From NCBI GenBank assembly GCA_002245135.1, contig NGBS01000304.1, forward strand, positions 186,001 to 223,684: a stretch of 37,684 nt of DNA. The letters are read 5' to 3'. Shown piece by piece: positions 14,266-24,941 of this stretch. Position numbers and translations under genes: made by a program. Origin of the DNA: Proteromonas lacertae (taxonomy: Eukaryota). The notes under the pieces are model-generated. The model was not told where the DNA came from. It did not search any database and worked only from the letters and a program-made list of their open reading frames with translations. The number at the start of each line of letters is the position of its first letter. Position 1 is the stretch's first letter.

Positions 14266-15177
14266 TTAGTTTACATTCATTGACATTAAATTTTTGTACC
14301 TTATATCTCGCATCTTATGAATTCGAGGATATAACAGTAGTAGAACTGATGATATTAGCAAAAATGGTGATAATATATAATAAATACAATACAACGTAAC
14401 CAAGTTGATTCTGAGGGTAAATGGTAGTATCTCTATCACATAAAATCCACATAACATAATTACACTAAAAATATTTGAAAATATCGATATGCACGAGAAA
14501 TTATTGTTTAACTTATCAAACAATAATCCTAATACATACAACGGCATGGATATAACATTGTCAATAATCTTGAAGAGTTTATCATTTATCTCAGTTCTAC
14601 ACCATTGATATGCATAAATCACATTATCATCTCCTTTGTATGTCATTGAATATATATAATCAACATTGGCAAAATATAAACGTAATACAATATAAACAAG
14701 TGTAATTGAAGATATAAAACTACATATAAATATCAATAACTGATTTTGAGATCTATAAACGATATTTGTTTGACTTCTTCTGTTCTTTATCTCCAAGAAC
14801 AATAGAAAATTTGAAACAAAAAATGGAGCGAATGAAAAGGTTAAACCAAACGAATGAAGAAATGAATAAAATACACAACCAGTATCATTCCTAAATATAA
14901 TCGGTATTAACCTTCCAAAAATAGTTAAAATTGTACCTGACAGCACTAAAGATAAAGGAGTTCTATATTTGGGCATTCCTGGTAAATCTCGGTTGAAATA
15001 CAAATAATATAACGCTAGAATTATAAATAAGCAATAAACAACTAACATTGTAATTACAGCTGCAACTAGTCCTTCACTTGGTGAAACATGTGGATATACT
15101 TGCAGTACATTTCCATAAGGATTTGTATAACCTGATAAATTCATATATTGAAGTGTAGGATTTATTTCAATAAGCAT
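14266..15177 (-). CDS. Orphan 7-transmembrane protein, class C GPCR (7tm_3/GABA-B-like) type, with a very short N-terminus
   Basis: 303-aa ATG..TAA ORF with seven hydrophobic segments. TM3 begins CVFYSFLHSFGLTFSF (compare class C C....l..lGftl.f). There is a Cys in ECL2 (YQWC), and TM7 ends LLYPRI (compare class C F/YxPK). Family assignment is by motif recognition only. Confidence 0.7.
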   Translation of the reverse strand: MLIEINPTLQYMNLSGYTNPYGNVLQVYPHVSPSEGLVAAVITMLVVYCLFIILALYYLYFNRDLPGMPKYRTPLSLVLSGTILTIFGRLIPIIFRNDTGCVFYSFLHSFGLTFSFAPFFVSNFLLFLEIKNRRSQTNIVYRSQNQLLIFICSFISSITLVYIVLRLYFANVDYIYSMTYKGDDNVIYAYQWCRTEINDKLFKIIDNVISMPLYVLGLLFDKLNNNFSCISIFSNIFSVIMLCGFYVIEILPFTLRINLVTLYCIYYILSPFLLISSVLLLLYPRIHKMRDIRYKNLMSMNVN

Positions 15178-15289
15178 TAGAAGAAAAAAAGATTAAAAGG
15201 TTGTTCTTGAAACGAATACATTTTTAGAATTAAAAAAAACACAAATAGAGTAATATATTAATAGAATGCATTATAATTCTTAAGTTAAA

Positions 15290-18200
15290 TCATACATATA
15301 TATTATGTGTTTTTGGTTTTGAAGTACTACCTCTACGATGAACCATTTTATGCTTTCCTGTTAGTAGAATCACAACCACTACTACAATTAACACAACCAC
15401 GATCACAGCAATTACAATACCAGCAATAGCACCACCACTTAATCCATCATCTGAATCTTTCGATTCTTTTGGTTCTTCTAGTTCTTCTTTAGATTCAATT
15501 ATCACTGGTTTATCTACTCCAACACCAGCAACAGAAGATAATATACCTCCAGCATTCTTCATTTCTTGGATTATAACTTCAGTATTATTCTTTGTTTCAC
15601 TTATTTTGTTATTCACAACTTCTTGTTCTTCAACTGGAACAATTACTTGAACTTCCAATTTAACAGATGGAGTGTCTTTCAAATCCAATTGTCTTCTTCT
15701 TCTTCTAATTTCTTCTTTAATTTCAACTAGTATTTGACTTTCTTTTACATTTAATAATTTACTTAAAACTTTTACAATATTTGCTGTTTCAGATGCTGTT
15801 ATTGAGGAAGATGTAATATTATTCAATTCAAGATCAAACTTGAAGTATACCGTTCCATTATCTGGATTTACTGGTGGAATAGCAACACAATTACTTTCTA
15901 TTATTCCCCATTTACCACTTGGACTACAATATCTCTTTTGAGTACCAGTTTGATGATTTTCACAGTATTTCTCAACAAAATTACCACCTACTGTTTCTGG
16001 CCAACCATTTTGACTCTTACAGTGATATTCTATTGAATGAATACTGATGGTTGTTGAAATTGAACCACTTGGATTTGTAGCTGTTACTGTAAATTCAGTC
16101 TTATCAAATCCACTGTTTGTCATTCCAGAAATCATACCACTTGAAATTGAAAATGATAAACCTGTTTTCTCAAATTGATCTAATGGTTCTATTGAATATT
16201 GATCGATTGTACCAGATACTTTGGGTGTAACTTTATCAATTTCTACACTTCTAATACATTCAATTTCATTGACACTATAAGCTATTGATTTTGGAGAAGC
16301 TGGAATAATAGTTAATAAAATATCGAATTCTGTCTTACCACTTGGATTTGAACCAATGATAGTAAATTTCATATCTTTAATAGCTGGACCTAATGACATT
16401 CCTGATATTTCACCAGTTCTACTATCTAAAAATAAAGAATAAAATTCTAAATCTTGTTCACAAGTAAATTCTGATATTTTACCTCCACTGTAAGTTGGTT
16501 CACCACTGAAGAATTCACTATTTATTATAATTGTATAAGAACTTTGACTATATTTCAAATTACTTGGAGGTTGTAATGGTGTTGTTGGTGCAACTGTTGG
16601 TGGTTTATCAGTAGTTGGACGAATATATGTTGGTAAATAAGTTGGTATGGATGTTGTTGGTCTTGGAGTAGTTGGTTTTGGTGTGGTTGGTTTAGAAGTT
16701 GTTGGTTTCACTGTAGAAGGTGTTGGACCAGTTGGATTTGGACCTTGAGTTGGATTTGGACCTTGAGTAGGGTTTGGTCCATCTGTAGGTTTAACTGTAG
16801 GATTAGGATCTTGAGTGGGATTGGGACTATCAGTTGGTTTAACGGTAGGGTTTACATCATCACCACCAGTTGGAGCTATAGTTGGTATATATGTAATAGG
16901 TGGAGGAGTAATATAAATATGATCAGCTTCATTTGGTTTTAATAAGAAGAATGTCTCAGTAAAATCAGCACTAACTTCACCATTATAATAACTCTTAACA
17001 CCTGTTGTGATTTGCGATCCATCTGTTGCTAAGATTTGAGCTGCATTTATACCATAAGCTTCCCTTGTTATAGCCACATTCTTTATTTTTGCTACATTAT
17101 TTTCACATAACCCTCTAACTACTCCATCATTTACACCAGCTATTCCAAAGAAACCACTTAAATCATTATATGGAATTAATTTATAAGTTTCTAATCCTTT
17201 TATAACAGCACCTAATGCAGCAGTACCAGCATCAGAAAAACTATAAACATAAGAATTTGTTTTATCAATTTCACCACAACTAAGTTGAGAATATTTAATG
17301 CCAGAATTAGTTTGTTTGTTTACTTTATTCAAATTGTAAGTTATTGTCATTGCCAAATCTATTCCACTTGCCATACTAGTAGCTTGACCAGCATGAATTG
17401 CAATTATAATCTTATCATGTTGAATAGCAAAAACTAATCTTCCAGTATTATATTCAGGATTTATTGCTATTTTAACTGCTCTTTCTAATAAATCAGTTTG
17501 TTTGTATTCATGAGCTAAGATTGGTTTTGATGCACAATCTATTACATTACCTGTAACTTTACGATGTTTTGTATCACTAAGTGTTGTATAAATTTCAACC
17601 TTATTATCACCTGTTACATATATAACAGATTTACTTAATATCTCAACAAATTGATTTTTGATTATTTCAGTAGTTACTCCTCTCAAAGGACTTACTTCTA
17701 ATAAGTTTTCATAAGGAGTTGGTAAAATATAACTGACATTTGAAAATGTATCAAGCAATTGCTTGGTTGTATCTAAATCAGTAGATTCAAAGAATAATTC
17801 TCTCTTTACTTCATTTAATGTTATTTTTGAATCAAAATCTGAGTTCTTTTCAGCTGAATAAGCAAAGGTAGCTGCTCTATAAAATCCAATATGATCTTTA
17901 TAAGTTGGAATATTTTTCTGAATATCATATTTATAGCCAAACCCTTCAGAATCTATTACAACTTCTCCAATTCCATTAACATCTTCAAAATCATAACATA
18001 ATGATGGATCGAATGGTTTTCTGGCATATACTACAGGCTCGATTGAACAATCCCACCAATAAGCTTCCTTTGTTGATGATCCTGTTCTTTTCAGTATTTG
18101 AGCTTCTAAACTACCTTCTTTTTGTAAACGAATTTTATTGAGATTGGTATTAAAGACAGTAGTATAACTTGTCAGCGTATTCATGGAGATTATACTTTCA

Positions 18201-18641
18201 ATTTCTCTTAATGGCATGTTCTTTACTAATTCTGCATTAGCATAACCAAGTGCTTTTAATCCACTCACAACTGACTCACTTACGGTATATGCATAGGATT
18301 TATCAATATCAACAGAAGTAAAAGACATTACAGTTTGTGTAGATGAATCTGTGTAAACAACATTAACCCATGCAACTAATTTCAATTCTGTGAATTGACT
18401 GTAGGATGAGAAAATTGTCTGAAATGGTGTTTCAATAATCATATGATCTTCAAATAGGTAAATTTCACTGTTAGCAACAGCTTCATCAGATCTCCAACAT
18501 CGATGGGTTATTGGATAAGTGGCACAACCTAAATACATTAGATTTGATAATATACAGGAAAGTTCAATTAATAATAACAAAAATAGTAGCTGTGTGAACT
18601 AAGAATGATATTAGTATAAGATAAAAATATACCTTTTGCAT
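15290..18641 (-). CDS. Type I membrane surface protein (~1105 aa): signal peptide, unknown ~540-aa N-terminal domain, Pro/Thr mucin-like stalk, 2 Ig-like, HRM-like, SEA-like domain with RRRRR loop, TM, short tail
   Basis: Exon 1 is 18633-18641 (MQK), followed by a 34-nt GT-AG intron at 18599-18632 containing TACTAAT. Exon 2 is in frame with the 1096-aa track ORF, giving MQKFTQLLFLLLLIELSCILS. HRM-like CKSQNGWPETVGGNFVEKYC..GTQKRYCSPSGKW..C; TM GAIAGIVIAVIVVVLIVVVVVILL; basic tail ending NIYV. Confidence 0.88.
16565..16910 (-). repeat. Coding Pro/Thr-rich repeat (PNPTQG, PTVKPT and xPTT units), mucin-like stalk
   Basis: Translated repeats NPTVKPTDSPNPTQDPNPTVKPTDGPNPTQGPNPTQGPNPT and KPTT/RPTT; 18-nt units such as ggatttggaccttgagt on the + strand. 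Confidence 0.9.
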
Positions 18642-19662
18642 TAGAAAACTGGTGTTTTGTCAGTGAGGTAACACAAGCTTTTTAATTGTTGGCTTGATCA
18701 TAAAAAAACATTAGAAACGCATAGACGAGTAATTGAGTTGGTATAATTCATACATTGCCAATATTATCTACATAATACCATTATTTCACAGAATTATCTA
18801 CAATTCTTGTTCTTTCATAATACACTATCCCATTTTACTGTTTTGAGTTTATCATAAATACATGTTTCTAATTCTATGACATGGTTTCTTAGTGAAAATA
18901 TCTGCTACAATATTGTACAGAGGTAAAAACTATAATATTAAATCCATTTTATCTCAATAATTCTATATTTTCCACAATAATAATAATATAAACATTATAT
19001 GATGATTAAAATAGTTTTTAAATATTAGGGGTTTTGAAATTCAATGAAAAAATACCCACAAAATTTAAAAATTGTTTTTACTCATTATATAAACATTGTT
19101 TTATAATGAATACCACTTTTATCTAATTATATATTACATAGAACTTAGTTAATGGTAAATGCAAAGTATTTCAAAGATATGATATTTCAATTAACTCAGT
19201 ATATCAATTAAAACTTATATCAAAGGATAGATAAATGGAAGAAATAATATATTATTGTATTTAATTGAATAGAAATGTAGTATACACTTCAAAATCAAAG
19301 ATTATTTCATTCTATTTTGAAAATTCTTATTTCAAAATAAAATAGAATGTTTACACTTCACTATTTCAAGCGTAATAATTCATGATATTAACATATCTCG
19401 TTCTGTTGGTGATGTATGATGATATGGCGTATGATATGAGGGTTTTACTTTATTTAGCCTAACAGTGATAGTGATGTGATAATATATGGAGAGTAGATAC
19501 TATTTTAATATACTGATATTAGATATGAAGTCAAAATTCTCATAAGTAGTCTGTAACTGCCTTAAGTAGTAAAAATAATAATAAATAATATTATTGGATG
19601 GATGATTTGATTGGATGAAATGAGTAATTTCGGTTTAAAAATTTGAAGTTGATATTAACGGT

Positions 19663-22600
19663 ATGAAAACGATATTTCTGAGTATATTTGCTATTATTTT
19701 ATATTGTAATAGTCTTTATTGTTATTGTGAGTGTTTTTGGAGGTAGTACAAACCACTTGAGTATAGTTTTTTTTGATATATTTTAATTAGGAAGATTAGC
19801 AAAAGGTGACAATTTAGTTCCATATGGAACTATTATTACATTTACAACTACAACAACTGATGAAGCTGCTAAAACTGGTGTAAAGACTACTTATTTAGTG
19901 AGTGATAATGTTGTTGTAGCTAAAGTGGGAGATGATAATAAATATATTGTTTATACAGCTGAAAAAACCGAAGATGAAAGTGCAGGCAGTTTATACACAT
20001 TAACTTACAAAGATGATTTAAGTGGTGAATGTAGTTCTAGTGATTCAAAGACATTTGAAAGTTGTAAGACTGCTGTTGTTGCTGCTGCTAAAACTACTCC
20101 AGTACATTGTCCAGATGTTGCTGCTCAAGTAAAAACATTGACTATAGAATATACACCAGAAAATTCAGCTATAAGAAATAGATTATTAGCTGGTGTTACT
20201 ATTACTGTAAAAGGTACAGTTGGAGATGCTACTCTAGGTAATATTGATTCAAATAGTGCATCAGTTGATAATACAGAAGCTACAAAGAAGTTAATAAAGA
20301 AATGTGCAACAGGTAGTTACTGTGAAGTTCCAAATGTTCCAGATGGTAAAATTATGACATTTACAGCTGATAATTATGATTATACTGTCAGTGATGATGT
20401 AGTTGTTCAAAAGAAAGGTGAGGAGTATTTAGTTTATGAAGTAACATCTAAGAAGAATAATGCTGATGTTCAAAGTGTTTATACTTTGACATATAAAGAT
20501 AATTTAAGTGGAAAATGTACAACTGAAAAATTCAATTTTGCTCCTTGTGATGAGAATAATAAGAATGGAATATGTTCCACAACACCTTGTATATAATATT
20601 TTTGTTTATATAATGAAATAGTAACAAGTATAACATTGAAATATACAAAAGAAACACAATCAGAACCAGCGGCAAGAAGATTATTAACTGAAAGTGTAGA
20701 AATAATTGCTCCTGGTGATTTAAAAGCTGTAACAGTTACAATAGAAGCAGATTCTGATGGTAATATTAAAGGTGATTTAAGTAAATATTTATCAGGTAGT
20801 TATTGTGAACTACCAAATGTTCCAGCTGGAACAATTGTAACAATTACATCAACTGATACAACATATACTGTCAGTGATAAGGTAGTAGTACAAAAGAAGG
20901 GTGAAGAGTTTTTAGTTTATGAAGTAAAATCTAAAAAGAATGATGCTAAACAAACAGCTAGTGTTTATACTTTGACATATAGAGATAATTTAAGTGGAAA
21001 ATGCGAATCAGGAAAATTGGTAGATTGTGTGACTGCTGCTGCTGCTTCTGTTAAAGCTGAAAAACCAACTATTTGTCCAGCTGATGGTAAATCGTGTATA
21101 ATAATTATTTATATAATTAATAGTAACTAGTTTAACATTGAAATATACAGCTGGTAGTACACCATCAGTTGAATTAAAAGCTCATGCACCAACTAATACA
21201 ATAACAGGAACACCAACAATTACAATTGTAGAAGATAGTAAAATTGCTTTAACAAACAATGAATTAAATAAATACTTAGCAGGTAATATTTGTGTAGCAG
21301 AAACACCAACGACTACAAAAGTTCCAGATGGATCAATAGTGCAATTTACAACAGGAAGTTTACCTGATGTATTAACATATTATGTAAGTGATAATAATGT
21401 ATTAGTGAAGAAAGGAGATAATGATTATTTAGTTTATACAGTGAATAAAAAAGAAGATGTGACAGAATCAAGCAATGTAGTGGGAAGTAAATATCCATTA
21501 TCATTATTAAAAGATAAAAGTGGATCATGTAGCAGTGACAAAAAGACATTTACTGATTGTAAAGATGGAAATACAGCAGTAGCTATTTGTACAAATCCTG
21601 CATCTACTTGTATAATATATATTAAAAATAATGTATTATAAAAATAGTAACACAATTAATAATAAAATATACCCCAGCAACTGCAGCAAGAATAAGATTA
21701 TTAGCTACAGCTTCAGTAACTGTAACATCCTTACCAACAGAAGTAATTACTTCAGCAACATTTAAGACAATAGAATTAACAGGAACAGATACATTGAAAA
21801 ATGAAATGGCAAAATATGTTACTGGTAATTATTGTCCAGTTACTCCATCTCCACCATCAACTACAAAAGTTCCAGATGGATCAATAGTGCAATTTACAAC
21901 AGGAAGTTTACCTGATGTATTAACATATTATGTAAGTGATAATAATGTATTAGTGAAGAAAGGAGATAATGATTATTTAGTTTATACAGTGAATAAAAAA
22001 GAAGATGTGACAGAATCAAGCAATGTAGTGGGAAGTAAATATCCATTATCATTATTAAAAGATAAAAGTGGATCATGTAGCAGTGACAAAAAGACATTTA
22101 CTGATTGTAAAGATGGAAATACAGCAGTAGCTATTTGTACAAATCCTGCATCTACTTGTATAATATATATTAAAAATAATGTATTATAAAAATAGTAACA
22201 CAATTAATAATAAAATATACCCCAGCAACTGCAGCAAGAATAAGATTATTAGCTACAGCTTCAGTAACTGTAACATCCTTACCAACAGAAGTAATTACTT
22301 CAGCAACATTTAAGACAATAGAATTAACAGGAACAGATACATTGAAAAATGAAATGGCAAAATATGTTACTGGTAATTATTGTCCAGTTACTCCATCTCC
22401 ACCATCAACTACAAAAGTTCCAGATGGATCAATAGTGCAATTTACAACAGGAAGTTTACCTGATGTATTAACATATTATGTAAGTGATAATAATGTATTA
22501 GTGAAGAAAGGAGATAATGATTATTTAGTTTATACAGTGAATAAAAAGAAGATGTAACAGAATCAAACAAGATAGTGGGAAGCAAATATCCATTATCATT

Positions 22601-23539
22601 ATTAAAAGAAAAAAGTGGATCATGTACAAATGAAAAGAAGACATTTACTGATTGTAAAGATGGAAGTACAGCAGCTATTTGTAAAGATGCAACTACATGT
22701 ATATAAAATAAATAATAATAATCTATAATGTGAATAGTAACAAGTTTGACATTGAAATATAAAGAAAAATCAGGTTCAGTAGAAGCCTCAGTAGAAATAT
22801 CATCAGATCCAGAAAATGCAATTGTAAAGCCAACATTTAAGAAAATAGAATTAGAAGGAGATATAAATGCTACATTAAATAACCAAATGAAAGATTATGT
22901 TAGTGGTGAATATTGTTCAAAAAATAATGATGATATTACAACTAATATTACTCCATCGGTTATTCCATCTGATAAAATTGTCAAAGAGAATATAACATTA
23001 ACAAAAAAAGAAGCTACTCATCTATTTGCTTCTGATAGAATATATGTAAAAACTGAAAATTATCAATTGGTTGTTGAATGTGAGAGAGAAAATAGTATAT
23101 CTTTAATTATAATATAATATATATAGAAGATAATAATTATACAGTCTATACTGTAAAAAAGAATACAGATAAAACAGTCGTAATAGATGCAGGAAAGTCA
23201 GGTGTAATTGATGGAAGTAAATTAGGAGGTGAAGAATTTGGTTGTCAATTCTCCAAACAATTTGTTTCATTGAATTATATTACACAAAAGTGTAATGAAG
23301 CAGTTAAGAATGTGACTGATGATTTAAATGATATTAGTGAATACTTAGAAAGCTCTTATTCATTTACTAAAGATACAGAATCAAATGATGTGTATTTCTA
23401 TAATGATAAGACAGTTGGTGATAAATATGGTGTAGTTGTTAGTGAATCTGAATCTGGAATTCAAAAGATGGAAGATGGATCAATTAGATCAGTTCCAATT
23501 GTTATTGCTTTATTAGCAGTTATTTTACTGTTGATTTAA
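19663..23539 (+). CDS. Predicted GPI-anchored surface protein (~1202 aa) with 6 tandem ~160-170-aa Cys-containing repeats plus a divergent 7th
   Basis: Nine exons: 19663-19681, 19713-19760, 19791-20588, 20622-21095, 21124-21609, 21648-22157, 22196-22698, 22738-23094, 23127-23539. Splicing the eight GTAT..AG introns (28-39 nt) joins all + strand track ORFs in frame, needing only one extra A in the run at 22543-22547. Signal peptide MKTIFLIFIVIVSVFG; C-terminal GPI-like signal EDGSIRSVPIVIALLAVILLLI-stop. Confidence 0.85.
21312..22542 (+). repeat. Apparently perfect 548-bp tandem repeat (about 2.25 copies), including an intron
   Basis: Units start at 21312, 21860 and 22408 (actacaaaagttccagatgg). 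Introns 21610-21647 and 22158-22195 are identical, and the ORF track shows identical translations offset by 548. Confidence 0.95.
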
Positions 23540-23574
23540 ACAGTATGAGATTTATTACTCTCGATATACCAACT

Positions 23575-23590
23575 TATTTGTTTGTGTTTT
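23575..23590 (+). promoter_or_regulatory. Candidate GT-rich downstream polyadenylation element (TATTTGTTTGTGTT)
   Basis: Lies ~35 nt after the stop of the GPI-protein gene. A similar TATTTGTGTT lies ~40 nt after the stop of the 15290..18641 gene (- strand, ~15238-15247). Both resemble the TGTTTGTT motif described downstream of Blastocystis poly(A) sites. Confidence 0.4.
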
Positions 23591-23853
23591 GGGTGTGAAT
23601 AAATCTAAAATGAAAGTTCGTCTTAATGAGCCTTTAATTTGTCGAAAACTTAAAAACGAGAGTATTTATATAATTCTTATAATAAGACCTTAATTAATAG
23701 TTGCTACTATGCTTAGACCAGTTATATAAGTTGATTTGAGAAATACTGCTCAATTTAGTCAATTTAAAAATGAAATGAGTCTTTTCATAGAACTGTTTTA
23801 TTTGTATTTAAATAATAACATAAAGAACATAATAAAACAAAAATATATAAAAA

Positions 23854-24895
23854 TTAATAATGAGATAATTGAGTAGTTTGATCAGTTATAGATTTAAACA
23901 CATTCAACGTTTCTTCACATAAATCTAAGTAACTTTCAATATATTGAGGAATTACTTTCTTATTTTCACCTATTAAACGAGAAACGGAAGGAGTTGATTC
24001 ACCTAATACAGATATTTGAGGATCTAATATAAACTCAGTATCAGGAGGAAGTATTAATTCAATTGATTTCTTTGATTCAGTAGATGTTTCATTTACAACT
24101 ACACTTGAATGTTTAGCTGTTGGTTTACTTAATGATTTCATTAATGTATTTTTCATTGTAAATAATAGATTATAATCTGTATAATTCACTGAAACATTGA
24201 TTTTATCTTTAAATTTTGTTCTAAATGATTCAACAATGATTATTCTTGAATCATGAGATGGAGTTGAAGTAAATGGTTCTATTGCAGACATATCTAATTG
24301 AGTGGATGGAATTGTAACTATCTTCTTTTGAGTATTATGTTCTGTTCGAACTAAATTGATTCCTTTTACATCTAATGTCAAAATTCTCTTTATTTCACTA
24401 TCACAATCATGACCTAAGATATTAGCTATTGACACATCTGTTAATATTCGACTTACTGCATTTCCTTTTGTTACTATGATTTGTAATAATGTTGGATTTG
24501 TACTTTCAGATCTATTATATAATAATAATATAAATATATAAATACAATGTCACTTTTGTATTAGAGAATGATAAATCCAATGTTCCTTGAGGTGGTAATG
24601 CTATTATTTCAACTTCTTCATTATCATAAAAGTCAAACATATCACCTTTTTCATCATCATCTTCTTCATCATCATCTTCATCACTCTCATCATCATTATT
24701 ATTATCACTTTCATCACTATCAGAAACAATACCACTTCCACTCATTTTAGAATGATTTCGATGATGATGATGATGATGATGTTGGTGATCTGAGGAAATA
24801 CCTAATGGTTTAAATGTAGTTTCTGTTACTGCAGAGATAATCATCGTTATACAAGAAGAGAATTTTCCACTATTTTTAATTATATAAATAATAAT

Positions 24896-24941
<46 letters not shown>

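Noticed and set aside
18888..18905. ADIFTK on the - strand, resembling the Ty1/copia RNase H motif
   Set aside because: Isolated hexapeptide flanked by stops; no recognisable upstream KHID motif, RT domain or LTR.
21312..22542. CRISPR array or LTR-type direct repeats
   Set aside because: The unit is a contiguous 548-bp exon+intron of a protein-coding gene, with no spacers or internal element.
14266..23856. Stop codons created by polyadenylation (known in Blastocystis) or an alternative genetic code
   Set aside because: All four genes whose 3' ends lie in the window have genomic TAA/TGA stops at sensible positions. Internal ORF breaks are explained by introns or indels, not by read-through.
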